Shown here: positions 18,403 through 27,444 of the stretch, one piece after another
Numbering within the stretch: the first letter of the stretch is position 1
Layout of the letters: every line of letters begins with the position of its first letter
IMG/VR virus record: IMGVR_UViG_3300015251_000001
Coordinates: 1,187 to 65,186 of that record
Direction: 5' to 3' (one strand)
DNA: 64,000 bases
Source of the DNA: a virus
The notes under the pieces: model-generated
What the model was told of the DNA's origin: nothing
Database searches by the model: none
The model's input: only the letters and a program-made list of their open reading frames with translations
Translations under genes and position numbers: made by a program

Positions 18403-20580
18403 ATGGCAATCCGCATCGGTTGGCGAATATTTAATCCCTTTTTCACAGGGGCTGCCTACGACACGACTCAGTCTCTCTATGATCCCAATTATGATGGGGT
18501 CCTGGCGGAGCCCAGCGCAACAGACTGCTGGCACGGTGGCATTAATAACGACGGCTCCGCTATTGGCACCGTGGTGTGGACCCCGACCTGGATACCCGTT
18601 ACGAGTGATCCGGAGCCAACAATTGAGTACGACGGGGGCGGCGTCGTCTTCCGCACCTCCGGGCGAGATGGCATGGGCTCCGGCACCTACCTGGACGGGG
18701 AATTGCGGATGGCCGCTACCGTCGATGCCATTCCGGTTCCCGGCTATCTTCGGATCGTCGTCACGTCAGCCGGCCCCGCCTACGGAACCGCAAATTGGGA
18801 TTCAGTGGGGGCGGGGGCCCTCGTCGTGGATTTTTCAGCAGCCCCCCTAAGTGGTGATGCGCCGCTGGAGGTGCAGTTCACTGATGAAACCACACCTGCC
18901 GCCGACGACTGGTTTTGGGAATTTGGGGACGGAGGCGAGGCCACAACCCAGAACCCAATCCACACCTACGTGGCCCCCGGGACCTACGAGGTTTACCTGA
19001 ATGCTTTCTCAGGCGATTTTGACGGGGAGGAATTAAAGCCTTCCTACATCACAGTCACCAGCCCATCACCCGCCCCACCACCCTCCTCAGGAACCATCAT
19101 GAGCGTTCTCCCAGTTTCCCGTTTGATCCACGTCGGCGTCAATCTCACGCCGTCGGGCGCGCAGGGGCAAGACCTCTCGACCCTGCTGGTTCTCGGCACG
19201 TCGTCTGTAATTGACCCTGTGGAAATGATGCGCACCTATTCGCGCATTGAAGATGTCGCAGCAGACTTCGGCACCAGCGCCGAGGAATATTTGGCGGCCG
19301 TGCTCTGGTTCGAGCAAGTGCCCCAGCCCAGTAGCCTACTGATTGGCCGCTGGGTCGATGCCGCGAGCACCGGTGGCCTAAAGGGCGCGACCCTCTCCGC
19401 AGCCCAGCAGACCCTGAGCCTGTGGACGGCAGTCACGGCCGGCTCCTTCACCTTCACCAAGGATGCCGGCGCAGCGCAGGACATCACGGGCCTGAATTTC
19501 TCCGCAGCGGCCAACCTGAATGCAGTAGCTGCACTGATCCAGGCTGCGCTATCCGGCGTGACCGTGGTCTGGAATTCGATCTATGGCCGGTTTGAGATGA
19601 CCAGCACCACCACCGGCGCCACCTCTGCAATCAGCTTCCTGACCGCAGCACCAAGCGGCACGGACATCTCAATCATGCTCGGCATGCGCAGCACCTCCAG
19701 CGGCGCCTACCGCTTCCTGGGTCAGGCCGCAGCCTCTGCAATTGAAGCCGTGACCCTTTTCGCACTGACCTTCGGGCAGCAGTGGTATGCGCTGGTGGTG
19801 CCGAGCGCCATCAATTCTGATCACTTGCTGATTGCCCCGTTCCTCGAAGCCACGGACACCAAGCACTTCTACGGGGTGACGACGCAAGAGGCTGGGGTGC
19901 TCAGCGCCGTGGACACCACGAACATCGCCTACCAGCTCAAGCAACTGGGCTACAAGAAGACGATGGTGCAGTATTCAAGCAGCAATCCGTATGCCGTGGT
20001 TTCGGCCCTGGCCCGGATCCTGACCACGGACTACAACGGCAATTCCACGGTCATCACGCTCATGTACAAGCAAGAGCCTGGCATCGTGGCCGAGAACATC
20101 AACGTCAACCAGGTCACCGCACTGGAGGGCTTCAATTGCAACGTCTTCGCAGCCTACGACAACAGCACCGCGATCTTCGAGCCGGGGGTGACGAGCTCGG
20201 GGATCTTCGTGGACATCGTGCTGGGCACGGATTGGTTGGCCGTGGATCTGATCACGAACCTCTACAATCTGCTCTATACCAGCACGACCAAGATCCCGCA
20301 AACCGATGCTGGCACCCATCTCCTGGTCACGACGTGTGAAAGCGTGCTGTCGCAAGCAGTGATTAACGGATTGCTGGCCCCAGGGGTCTGGAACGCCGGT
20401 GGCTTCGGACAGCTCGCGCAGGGGGACTACCTCTCCAAGGGCTTCTACGTCTACGCGCCCAGCGTGAACGATCAGGATCCAGCGGACCGGGCAGCTCGGA
20501 TCTCGGTGCCTATCCAGATCGCGGCGAAGCTGGCGGGGGCCGTGCACGAGGTCGTAGTAGCGGTGCTCGTGAACCAATAG
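18403..20580 (+). CDS. Tail sheath (DUF3383-like) with N-terminal extension containing a PKD domain
   Basis: PKD signature WFWEFGDG...NPIHTY..PGTY at about 18826-19060. Sheath part starts MSVLPVSRLIHVGV at in-frame ATG 19099; also LMYKQEPGI, NCNVFAAY, GAVHEV motifs. Confidence 0.85.
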   Translation: MAIRIGWRIFNPFFTGAAYDTTQSLYDPNYDGVLAEPSATDCWHGGINNDGSAIGTVVWTPTWIPVTSDPEPTIEYDGGGVVFRTSGRDGMGSGTYLDGELRMAATVDAIPVPGYLRIVVTSAGPAYGTANWDSVGAGALVVDFSAAPLSGDAPLEVQFTDETTPAADDWFWEFGDGGEATTQNPIHTYVAPGTYEVYLNAFSGDFDGEELKPSYITVTSPSPAPPPSSGTIMSVLPVSRLIHVGVNLTPSGAQGQDLSTLLVLGTSSVIDPVEMMRTYSRIEDVAADFGTSAEEYLAAVLWFEQVPQPSSLLIGRWVDAASTGGLKGATLSAAQQTLSLWTAVTAGSFTFTKDAGAAQDITGLNFSAAANLNAVAALIQAALSGVTVVWNSIYGRFEMTSTTTGATSAISFLTAAPSGTDISIMLGMRSTSSGAYRFLGQAAASAIEAVTLFALTFGQQWYALVVPSAINSDHLLIAPFLEATDTKHFYGVTTQEAGVLSAVDTTNIAYQLKQLGYKKTMVQYSSSNPYAVVSALARILTTDYNGNSTVITLMYKQEPGIVAENINVNQVTALEGFNCNVFAAYDNSTAIFEPGVTSSGIFVDIVLGTDWLAVDLITNLYNLLYTSTTKIPQTDAGTHLLVTTCESVLSQAVINGLLAPGVWNAGGFGQLAQGDYLSKGFYVYAPSVNDQDPADRAARISVPIQIAAKLAGAVHEVVVAVLVNQ

Positions 20581-20610
20581 TAATCCAAAACCAGCAAGGA
20601 TCTTTCAATC

Positions 20611-21051
20611 ATGAGCAATGTCTATAGTTTCCTCGACGTTCAGGCTGCGATCGTGGGGCCCGGCGGGGCCTTTTCCCTGGGTTCTGGTGCCGGCGCCGCT
20701 GACGAGGGGATCAGCATCGACCCGGCCGGTGAGATCGATGGCATGCAGATCGGTGCCGATGGTGTGGGTCAGCACTCGCTCCATGCGGACAAGAGCGGCA
20801 AGGTCACGGTCCGGGTCCTGAAGACCAGCCCCGTGAACAAGCTGCTGTCAGCCCTCTACAACTTCCAGACGGCCAGCGCCGCCAGCCACGGACAGAACAC
20901 CATCACGATCAGCGATGCGGTCCGTGGGGACACCATCACCTGCCGGCAGTGCGCCTTTGCCAAGGCCCCGAACCTGAACTACGGCAAAGAGGCCGGCACC
21001 CAGGATTGGGAATTCAACGCGATTGCAATTGACCGCGTGCTCGGCTCCTAA
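20611..21051 (+). CDS. Tail tube protein (DUF3277-like)
   Basis: YSFLDVQAAIVGPGG, GADGVGQHSLHADKSG, LKTSPVN, WEF. Confidence 0.88.
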   Translation: MSNVYSFLDVQAAIVGPGGAFSLGSGAGAADEGISIDPAGEIDGMQIGADGVGQHSLHADKSGKVTVRVLKTSPVNKLLSALYNFQTASAASHGQNTITISDAVRGDTITCRQCAFAKAPNLNYGKEAGTQDWEFNAIAIDRVLGS

Positions 21052-21076
21052 CCCTTTCACAACCTGGAGAGAATAA

Positions 21077-21517
21077 ATGTCAGAACTCGAAGTATCGGGC
21101 GCCGTCTACCGCGTTGGCAAGATCAACGCGCTCACCCAGCTCCACATCGGCCGCCGGCTCCTGCCGGCGCTGGTGGCCGTGGGGGTCAAGGCGGAGGACC
21201 TCTCCCGATCCGGTGGCGTGGCAGCCATGGCCGACTTCATGGAGCCCGCGGTCAAGATCATGGGTGCGATGAGTGATGAGGATGTGAATTACGTCCTCTT
21301 CGGCGCGTTGGCGGCCGTCAGCCGGAAGCAGGGGGAGCGCTGGGCCCCCATCACATCAGGTCCCCGTCTGATCTTCGAGGACATCGACATGCCCTCGATG
21401 GTCCGCCTGACGGCTGCGGTTCTCCAGGAGAACCTCGGCGGTTTTTTCGCACTGCTCCCCGTCGTGAGGCCTTCGCCCGGAAGCTCAGACACGGCGGGGG
21501 ATCAGGCGCAGACCTGA
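21077..21517 (+). CDS. Tail assembly chaperone
   Basis: YRVGKINALTQLHIGRRLLP; lies between tube and tape measure. Confidence 0.8.
   Translation: MSELEVSGAVYRVGKINALTQLHIGRRLLPALVAVGVKAEDLSRSGGVAAMADFMEPAVKIMGAMSDEDVNYVLFGALAAVSRKQGERWAPITSGPRLIFEDIDMPSMVRLTAAVLQENLGGFFALLPVVRPSPGSSDTAGDQAQT
21442..21448 (+). promoter_or_regulatory. -1 ribosomal frameshift slippery site T TTT TTC
   Basis: X XXY YYZ heptamer in the chaperone frame; the -1 frame is open through to 21681. Confidence 0.7.
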
Positions 21518-21522
21518 TCGCG

Positions 21523-21681
21523 ATGCAGGGCGAGGAGGATTGGCTCTTTCGGCCGGTCCTCCGTGGGATGTACCGGGCGGAGCGGTTGCTCGATTGCTCG
21601 ATCGATCTGGAATTCGTGGCCCTGTGCAATGAGGCTATCGACGTCGAGCAAGAGAACACCGCCCGATTGATGAAAAAGTGA
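21523..21681 (+). CDS. Chaperone extension (T-frame ORF, 52 aa)
   Basis: MQGEEDWLFRPVLRGMY...DLEFVALCNEAIDVEQEN in the -1 frame; too short for the supplied ORF track. Confidence 0.75.
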   Translation: MQGEEDWLFRPVLRGMYRAERLLDCSIDLEFVALCNEAIDVEQENTARLMKK

Positions 21682-21690
21682 GGCAACAAA

Positions 21691-23139
21691 ATGGCAAGCA
21701 GCTCGGACGTTCTGCGGGAATACTTGGTCGCTCTGGGGTGGAAGGTCGATCCGGCCGGCGCAAAGAAGTTTGATTCCGTTATCCACGGCACGGAGAAGGC
21801 TGCCAATGCCCTGACCAAATCGCTGTTCTCCGTGGGCGCAGCAACGACCGCAATGGTCGCCAGCTTCGCCTACAACATGGAGAAGCTCTACTACGCCAGC
21901 AAGCGAACTAAGGCGTCAGTTGGCAACATCCAGGCCCTGCAATTTGGTGCGGAGCAGATCGGGGTCAGCGGGGAGACCATGCTGGCGTCCCTGGAGGGGA
22001 TGGCGAAGTCGATCCGCAATAACCCCGGCATCCTCGCACTGATCAAATCGTTCGGTATCCAGGTTGAAGGCCGGGATATGAGCGACGTCATGAAAGACAC
22101 CGTAAAGGTGTTGGCGTCCATGCCCCACTTCGTGGGTGCGCAGTTCGCTTCCATGTTCGGCATGGACGAACAGACCTTCCTCCACATGAAAGACAACATG
22201 GCGGAGATGGAGGCCGCCATGCAAAAGCGCAAGGATCTGGCAGCCAGCATGGGCGTGGATTCTGACGCTGCGGCACTTGCTTCCAAAGAGATGTTGAACT
22301 CGTGGCGAGCCGTGGTGGAGCAAGCCGGGCTGTTCAAGGACGTGATGGCCATCTCGCTCCTCCCTCTGACCAAGGAAATGTCAGATGTCACGCAAGGGGT
22401 CATGAAAGATTGGGCAAGGATCCTGCGCGAGTCCACTGGACCAAAGGCCACGGGCGGGAATTCGTTCATGGGTCGGTTGGTCGATGGGATTCGGGCAATG
22501 CAGGGCATTGGACCCTTGATGGGCGGGGGCGTGACGCTCACCAAGGAAGCTGATCGGCGTTCCAGGCTGACAAGCAGCGGGGTGGTCACGAACGAAGCCC
22601 CCAGGGCCGTTTCTGGGGCTTCTGGGGCCCCTGCGGACGAAAGGGCCGCGCGCCTGGCCAAGCTGACCGAGCTGGAAAAGAAATACGGGCTCCCGGCTGG
22701 TATCTTGGGGCGGGTCTGGAAAGCTGAAAGCAACGAGGGAAAGGACATGCTTTCGGCCGTGGGGGCCAAGGGGCATTTCCAGTTCATGGATTCTGCGGCC
22801 AAGGATTACGGGCTTGGGGATCCGAACGACTTCTCCAGCTCAGCCGATGCGGCAGCACGCTACTACAGCAACATGCTCAAGAAGTACGGGGGCGACGCCA
22901 GGTCAGCAGCGGCTGCCTACAACTGGGGCCCCGGGAATGTTGATCGCTACGGCCTGGGCCGCGCGCCGGCCGAGACGCAGGGATATATGGACAAGGTGGC
23001 CGGCCCGGCACTGAACCAGAAGACCGATATTCACGTCCACGGTGCCGATTCCCCCACTGAAACCGCCCGGCTGGTCTTCCAGGGGCAGCAACGCGTGAAT
23101 GCAGACCTCGTCAGGAATCTAGGAGGGTCCAGTCAATGA
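21691..23139 (+). CDS. Tape measure protein with C-terminal lytic transglycosylase (SLT) domain
   Basis: Ala-rich helical N-terminus; AES...GAKGHFQFM...AAAAYNWGPGNV. Confidence 0.88.
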   Translation: MASSSDVLREYLVALGWKVDPAGAKKFDSVIHGTEKAANALTKSLFSVGAATTAMVASFAYNMEKLYYASKRTKASVGNIQALQFGAEQIGVSGETMLASLEGMAKSIRNNPGILALIKSFGIQVEGRDMSDVMKDTVKVLASMPHFVGAQFASMFGMDEQTFLHMKDNMAEMEAAMQKRKDLAASMGVDSDAAALASKEMLNSWRAVVEQAGLFKDVMAISLLPLTKEMSDVTQGVMKDWARILRESTGPKATGGNSFMGRLVDGIRAMQGIGPLMGGGVTLTKEADRRSRLTSSGVVTNEAPRAVSGASGAPADERAARLAKLTELEKKYGLPAGILGRVWKAESNEGKDMLSAVGAKGHFQFMDSAAKDYGLGDPNDFSSSADAAARYYSNMLKKYGGDARSAAAAYNWGPGNVDRYGLGRAPAETQGYMDKVAGPALNQKTDIHVHGADSPTETARLVFQGQQRVNADLVRNLGGSSQ

Positions 23140-23897
23140 GTCAGATCACGGGCTTTGTCGCAGCGGCGCTACAGATCGGCCTGCAGTCGATCATGATCAA
23201 GCCCAAACGTTCTATTGGGCCCATCGTGGCCCAGGTGACGCTGCAAGAGGTGCATACCGATACCTTGGAAATCACGGACCACCCGGTGGAGCAGGGGGCT
23301 GTAATCTCGGATCATGCTTTCAAACGGCCGGCAGAGCTGATCATCACCTGCGCCTGGAGCAACAGCCCGAGTGGCAACGGATCTAATTCGCTGCTAAATG
23401 CTGGCCTGGGCGCCACCGTGCTGGGGTTTCAGGGGGCCAATTCGGCCACGGTGCTTACTGGGGCGGTTTCCGGTGCGCTGGGAGGTGCCATTGACCAAAC
23501 CGCAGCCGGCGTGCAGGCATTGCTCACTGGCAACAGCCCGGACCAAGTCAAGGGGATCTACCAGAAGCTGCTAAGGCTCCAGGAGGAAAGGATCCCCTTT
23601 GACGTCTCCACGGGCAAGCGCTACTACACCAATATGCTGGTGCGCTCCTTGCAGGTCACGACCGACAAGACCAGTGAGAATTCCCTGCAAGTCGTGGCGA
23701 ATCTGAGGCAGGTGATCCTGGTCAGCACCAAGCCTCTGACCCAGTCCGCGCCACCGGAAGCCCAGCGCTTCGCAGGATCCACAAATCCGGTTACGAATTT
23801 CGGGACCAAGGTCCTGGGGCCGGCCCTGGCGGATGCGAAGGCGGCCGTGCTCCAGGGGATTCGATCCACAGCCGCATTTCTTGGGGTGAGCCAATGA
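23136..23897 (+). CDS. Tail tube initiator / Dit-like baseplate protein
   Basis: ITDHPVEQGAVISDHAFKRP, TGKRYYTNML. Confidence 0.75.
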   Translation: MSQITGFVAAALQIGLQSIMIKPKRSIGPIVAQVTLQEVHTDTLEITDHPVEQGAVISDHAFKRPAELIITCAWSNSPSGNGSNSLLNAGLGATVLGFQGANSATVLTGAVSGALGGAIDQTAAGVQALLTGNSPDQVKGIYQKLLRLQEERIPFDVSTGKRYYTNMLVRSLQVTTDKTSENSLQVVANLRQVILVSTKPLTQSAPPEAQRFAGSTNPVTNFGTKVLGPALADAKAAVLQGIRSTAAFLGVSQ

Positions 23898-24202
23898 GTG
23901 CCTTTCCTCTGCCAGTCAGCCCAACCGCTCAATCCTTCTTCATCCAGCTCGTGGGGATCAGCTACAAAATCACCCTACGTTGGAACGCTGTGGCGCTTTG
24001 CTGGGTCATGGATCTTGCCGACTCCGAAGAGGTTCCGATCGTGCAGGGGATCCCAATCGTGACCGGGACGGACCTCCTTGCGCCCTACGCCTATCTCGGC
24101 TTTGGTGGGGGCATCGTGGCCCTGACGGAGGGCAACCCGGATGCAGTGCCAACCTTCGACAATCTTGGCAATGGTGGCGATGTCTTCTTCGTGACGGATT
24201 GA
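23894..24202 (+). CDS. Small baseplate protein
   Basis: LRWN...WVMDL...GIPIVTGTDLL..Y.YL. Confidence 0.7.
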   Translation: MSAFPLPVSPTAQSFFIQLVGISYKITLRWNAVALCWVMDLADSEEVPIVQGIPIVTGTDLLAPYAYLGFGGGIVALTEGNPDAVPTFDNLGNGGDVFFVTD

Positions 24203-24204
24203 TC

Positions 24205-25197
24205 ATGAGCGATTCCTCTACCCAGTTTGGTCGGCGTGCCTCGCTCTTTGTGGTTCGGCCGGAGTTCCGGGGGAACAACCCGAGCGCTTTCGTTCCCGAG
24301 GGGGTGATTGACCTCTCCGCAATGCACTTCACTTTCAAGACCTTTGCAGCGGATTCGGAAAGCCCGAACAACGCCGTGATCCGGGTGTTCAATCTGTCCC
24401 GGGGCGAGAATCAGAACACGGTGCAAGACATCATCAAGGGTGAGTATTCCAGGGTGATTCTCCAGGCCGGCTACGAGAAGGGCGAGTTCGCCGTGATCTT
24501 TGATGGCAACGTAAAGCAATTCAAGGTGGGCCGTCTGAATGCCACTGATACCTACCTGGATCTGCTTTGTGCTGACGGGGACCTGGGCTACAACTTCTCG
24601 CAGATCAGTCAGTCGATTGCAGCCGGGAGCACCCCGAAGCAGCGCATTGATGCCATCGTGGCAAGCATGCAGAAGTATGGCGTGACCTCGGGCTCCATCG
24701 CCCCGTCAACGGGTGGAACGCTACCCAGGGGCAAGGTGCTGTTTGGGATGAGCCGTGCAATGCTGCGGCAGCAAGCTGCGACCCAGCAAGCAAGCTGGTC
24801 CATCCAGAACGGCAAAGTCAATCTGGTCCCACTGGACGGATTCCTACCAAGCGAGCCGGTGGTGCTGAATTCGCTTAACGGCATGATCGGCATGCCGGAG
24901 CAGACCAACGACGGCATCAAGGTTAAGTGCTTGCTCAATCCAAAGATCTTGGCCGGGCAGTCGGTGCGCATTGACAACCGGTCGATCAACCAGACGATTC
25001 AGGCCGCGCCTGGCTCCGCCCCTGTGCCGTTCAATCAGTGGAGCGGGATTCAGCTCCTCGCTGATGTCACGTCCGATGGGCTCTACCGGGTCTTCGTATC
25101 AGAGCACGAAGGGGACACCCGGGGCCAGGCCTGGTATACCGAGATAACTTGCCTGAGCATTGATGCAGTATCCAAAGAGGTGAAGCCGTATGGATAG
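24205..25197 (+). CDS. Baseplate hub protein
   Basis: PNNAVIRVFNLS, LQAGY, IFDGNV, GMIGMPEQT, CLLNP. Confidence 0.8.
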   Translation: MSDSSTQFGRRASLFVVRPEFRGNNPSAFVPEGVIDLSAMHFTFKTFAADSESPNNAVIRVFNLSRGENQNTVQDIIKGEYSRVILQAGYEKGEFAVIFDGNVKQFKVGRLNATDTYLDLLCADGDLGYNFSQISQSIAAGSTPKQRIDAIVASMQKYGVTSGSIAPSTGGTLPRGKVLFGMSRAMLRQQAATQQASWSIQNGKVNLVPLDGFLPSEPVVLNSLNGMIGMPEQTNDGIKVKCLLNPKILAGQSVRIDNRSINQTIQAAPGSAPVPFNQWSGIQLLADVTSDGLYRVFVSEHEGDTRGQAWYTEITCLSIDAVSKEVKPYG

Positions 25198-25873
25198 ACG
25201 AGAACGTAATTCCTCCACAAGCGAGGCACTGCTGGCTGCCTTTCAGGGGCTCAAAGCCGAGATCTGGACGGCCCTCCCCGGCATTGTCCAGAGCTTCGAT
25301 CCGGCCAAGATGACCGTGGTGGTCCAGCCGACAATACAAGCCCTGTGGCGTGATCCTCTGGGGGTTCAGACCTGGCAGACCATGCCGCTGTGCCTGGATG
25401 TGCCGGTGATCTTCCCGAGTGGCGGGGGATGCACGATCACCTTCCCGATCACCAGCGGGGATGAGTGCTTGCTGATCTTCGCGTCGCGCTGCATTGATGC
25501 GTGGTGGCAATCTGGTGGCGTTGGGGTTCAGGCCGAGCTGCGGATGCACGACCTGTCGGACGGCTTCTGCCTCCCGGGGCCCCGATCCCAACCTCGGGTG
25601 CTTTCTGGGGTCTCCACGAGCGCTGTGCAAATTCGGTCGGACGATGGGTCTGCCTTCATTGAGATCGAGGCCGGGGGTTCCCATGCAATCAGCGTTCAGA
25701 CGGTTGGGGCGGTCACCGTTGATGCTGCCCAGGCCACGATTAACTGCAATCTGACCGTGAATGGAACGATTACAGCCACGAACCTGATCACCCCAACCGT
25801 AGCAAGTTACAACACTCACCGACACAGCGGGGTCATCCCGGGCGGTGGTTCGACCAACATCCCACTGCCCTGA
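25190..25873 (+). CDS. Baseplate central spike (Gp138-like)
   Basis: WTALPGIV.SFD, DVPVIFP.GGG, RMHDLSD, C-terminal HxH (HRH) metal tip. Confidence 0.88.
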   Translation: MDRRERNSSTSEALLAAFQGLKAEIWTALPGIVQSFDPAKMTVVVQPTIQALWRDPLGVQTWQTMPLCLDVPVIFPSGGGCTITFPITSGDECLLIFASRCIDAWWQSGGVGVQAELRMHDLSDGFCLPGPRSQPRVLSGVSTSAVQIRSDDGSAFIEIEAGGSHAISVQTVGAVTVDAAQATINCNLTVNGTITATNLITPTVASYNTHRHSGVIPGGGSTNIPLP

Positions 25874-25882
25874 GGGGACCCA

Positions 25883-26242
25883 ATGAAATACCGCAAGCTC
25901 GACGAGAACGGGGATTACCAATTTGGGAACGAGGGGGAGTTCTTCGTGGATGATCCGGGTGGGGTTGCCCAGGCGATCAGCACCCGATTGCTGCTCATGA
26001 CCGACGAGTGGTTCCTGGACTCCAACGAGGGCACGCCTTACGATCCCGACATCGTGGGCTATGGGACCGCGAACACCCGGGACCCGGCAATCATTGACCG
26101 GATCCTCGGCACGCCGGGGGTGAACGAGCTCTTGCAGTATGCAAGCAGCGTGGATCAGAGCCGCAGCTTTCGGGTGACCGCCCTGGTTGCCACGATTTAC
26201 GGGGCTGTGCCAGTGCAAGCCACCCTGGCCGTTCCTAGCTGA
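25883..26242 (+). CDS. Baseplate wedge protein (gpW/gp25-like)
   Basis: MKYRKLDENGDY.FG, EWFLD..EGTP, ILGTPGV. Confidence 0.82.
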   Translation: MKYRKLDENGDYQFGNEGEFFVDDPGGVAQAISTRLLLMTDEWFLDSNEGTPYDPDIVGYGTANTRDPAIIDRILGTPGVNELLQYASSVDQSRSFRVTALVATIYGAVPVQATLAVPS

Positions 26243-26259
26243 CAACACCGGAGATTACG

Positions 26260-27444
26260 ATGCCTTTCCCTCTTGCCACATTGGCTGCCACGATCACGCC
26301 CACCGGGATCAGTGCCCCGACTTACTCGGACATCTACCTGTCCCTGCAAGAGTCATTCAAGGAAATCTACGGGCCGGACAGCTACATCACCCCGGATTCT
26401 CAAGATGGCCAGCTCCTCGCGATCTTTGCGAAAGCCGTCTCTGATTGCAATGACACGGCCATCAAGGTCTACAACGATTTCAGCCCCGTGAGCGCTCAGG
26501 GGGCTGGCCTCTCAAGCCTTGTGCGCCTCAGCGGCATCACCCGCCTATCTCCTAGCAATTCTCAGGTGGATGTGGATCTGGTGGGCGTGGTCGGCACCGT
26601 GATCGTAAGCGGCAAGGTGGCTGGCCCCGATGGGAACCAGTGGAGCCTGCCGGCCTCGGTGACCATTCCCCCGGCCGGCCACATCATCGTGACGGCCACC
26701 TGCGATACGCAAGGGGCCATCGGGGCTCAGGTCGGCAGCATCACGCAGATTGTGACCCCGACCCTGGGCTGGCAGAGCGTCAGCAACCCGACCATTGCCA
26801 GCGCAGGGGCGCCGGTGGAAACCGATGCGGCGTTGCGTCTGCGACAACAGCAATCGGTGGCCCAGCCCAGCTCGACGGTGCTGTTTGGCATCCTGGGGGC
26901 GGTCAAGGCCGTGACCGGGGTTACGGAGGCCGTGATCTACGAGAACGACACCAACAGCACAGATGCCAATGGGCTCCCCCCGCACTCGATTGCTGTTGTG
27001 GCCCTGGGCGGGGACGCCACGGCCATTGCTACAGCGATCATGCTTCGCAAGACCCCGGGGGCCTTCACCTACGGCACCGTGACTATTTCGGTGCTGGATG
27101 ATGCCGGGGTGACCCATGAAATCAGCTTCTTTGTTCCATCCACGGTTGCGATCCGGGGAACTATCCAGATCAAGGCTCTGACCGGCTACTCCGGCACCAC
27201 TGGAATCGCGATCAAACAGGCGGTCGCCGACTACATCAATGCACTGCCGATTGGTAATGACGTGGTGGTGGCAAGGCTGTATCTGCCGGCCCAGTTGAAC
27301 GGCGGCGCGGGGTCCGAGCAATTCGATCTTCAGAGCCTCTTGATCAGCGTCGTACCCGATCCTCCGGCCGGTCTGGACATCGTGGTTCCCTTCAATGCTA
27401 CGGCGACCTGTGATGTCGCCGACCTTACCCTGACGGTGGTCTAA
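26260..27444 (+). CDS. Baseplate J-like wedge protein
   Basis: SPVSAQGAGL, ETDAALRLRQ, YENDT, PPHSIAVV. Confidence 0.9.
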   Translation: MPFPLATLAATITPTGISAPTYSDIYLSLQESFKEIYGPDSYITPDSQDGQLLAIFAKAVSDCNDTAIKVYNDFSPVSAQGAGLSSLVRLSGITRLSPSNSQVDVDLVGVVGTVIVSGKVAGPDGNQWSLPASVTIPPAGHIIVTATCDTQGAIGAQVGSITQIVTPTLGWQSVSNPTIASAGAPVETDAALRLRQQQSVAQPSSTVLFGILGAVKAVTGVTEAVIYENDTNSTDANGLPPHSIAVVALGGDATAIATAIMLRKTPGAFTYGTVTISVLDDAGVTHEISFFVPSTVAIRGTIQIKALTGYSGTTGIAIKQAVADYINALPIGNDVVVARLYLPAQLNGGAGSEQFDLQSLLISVVPDPPAGLDIVVPFNATATCDVADLTLTVV

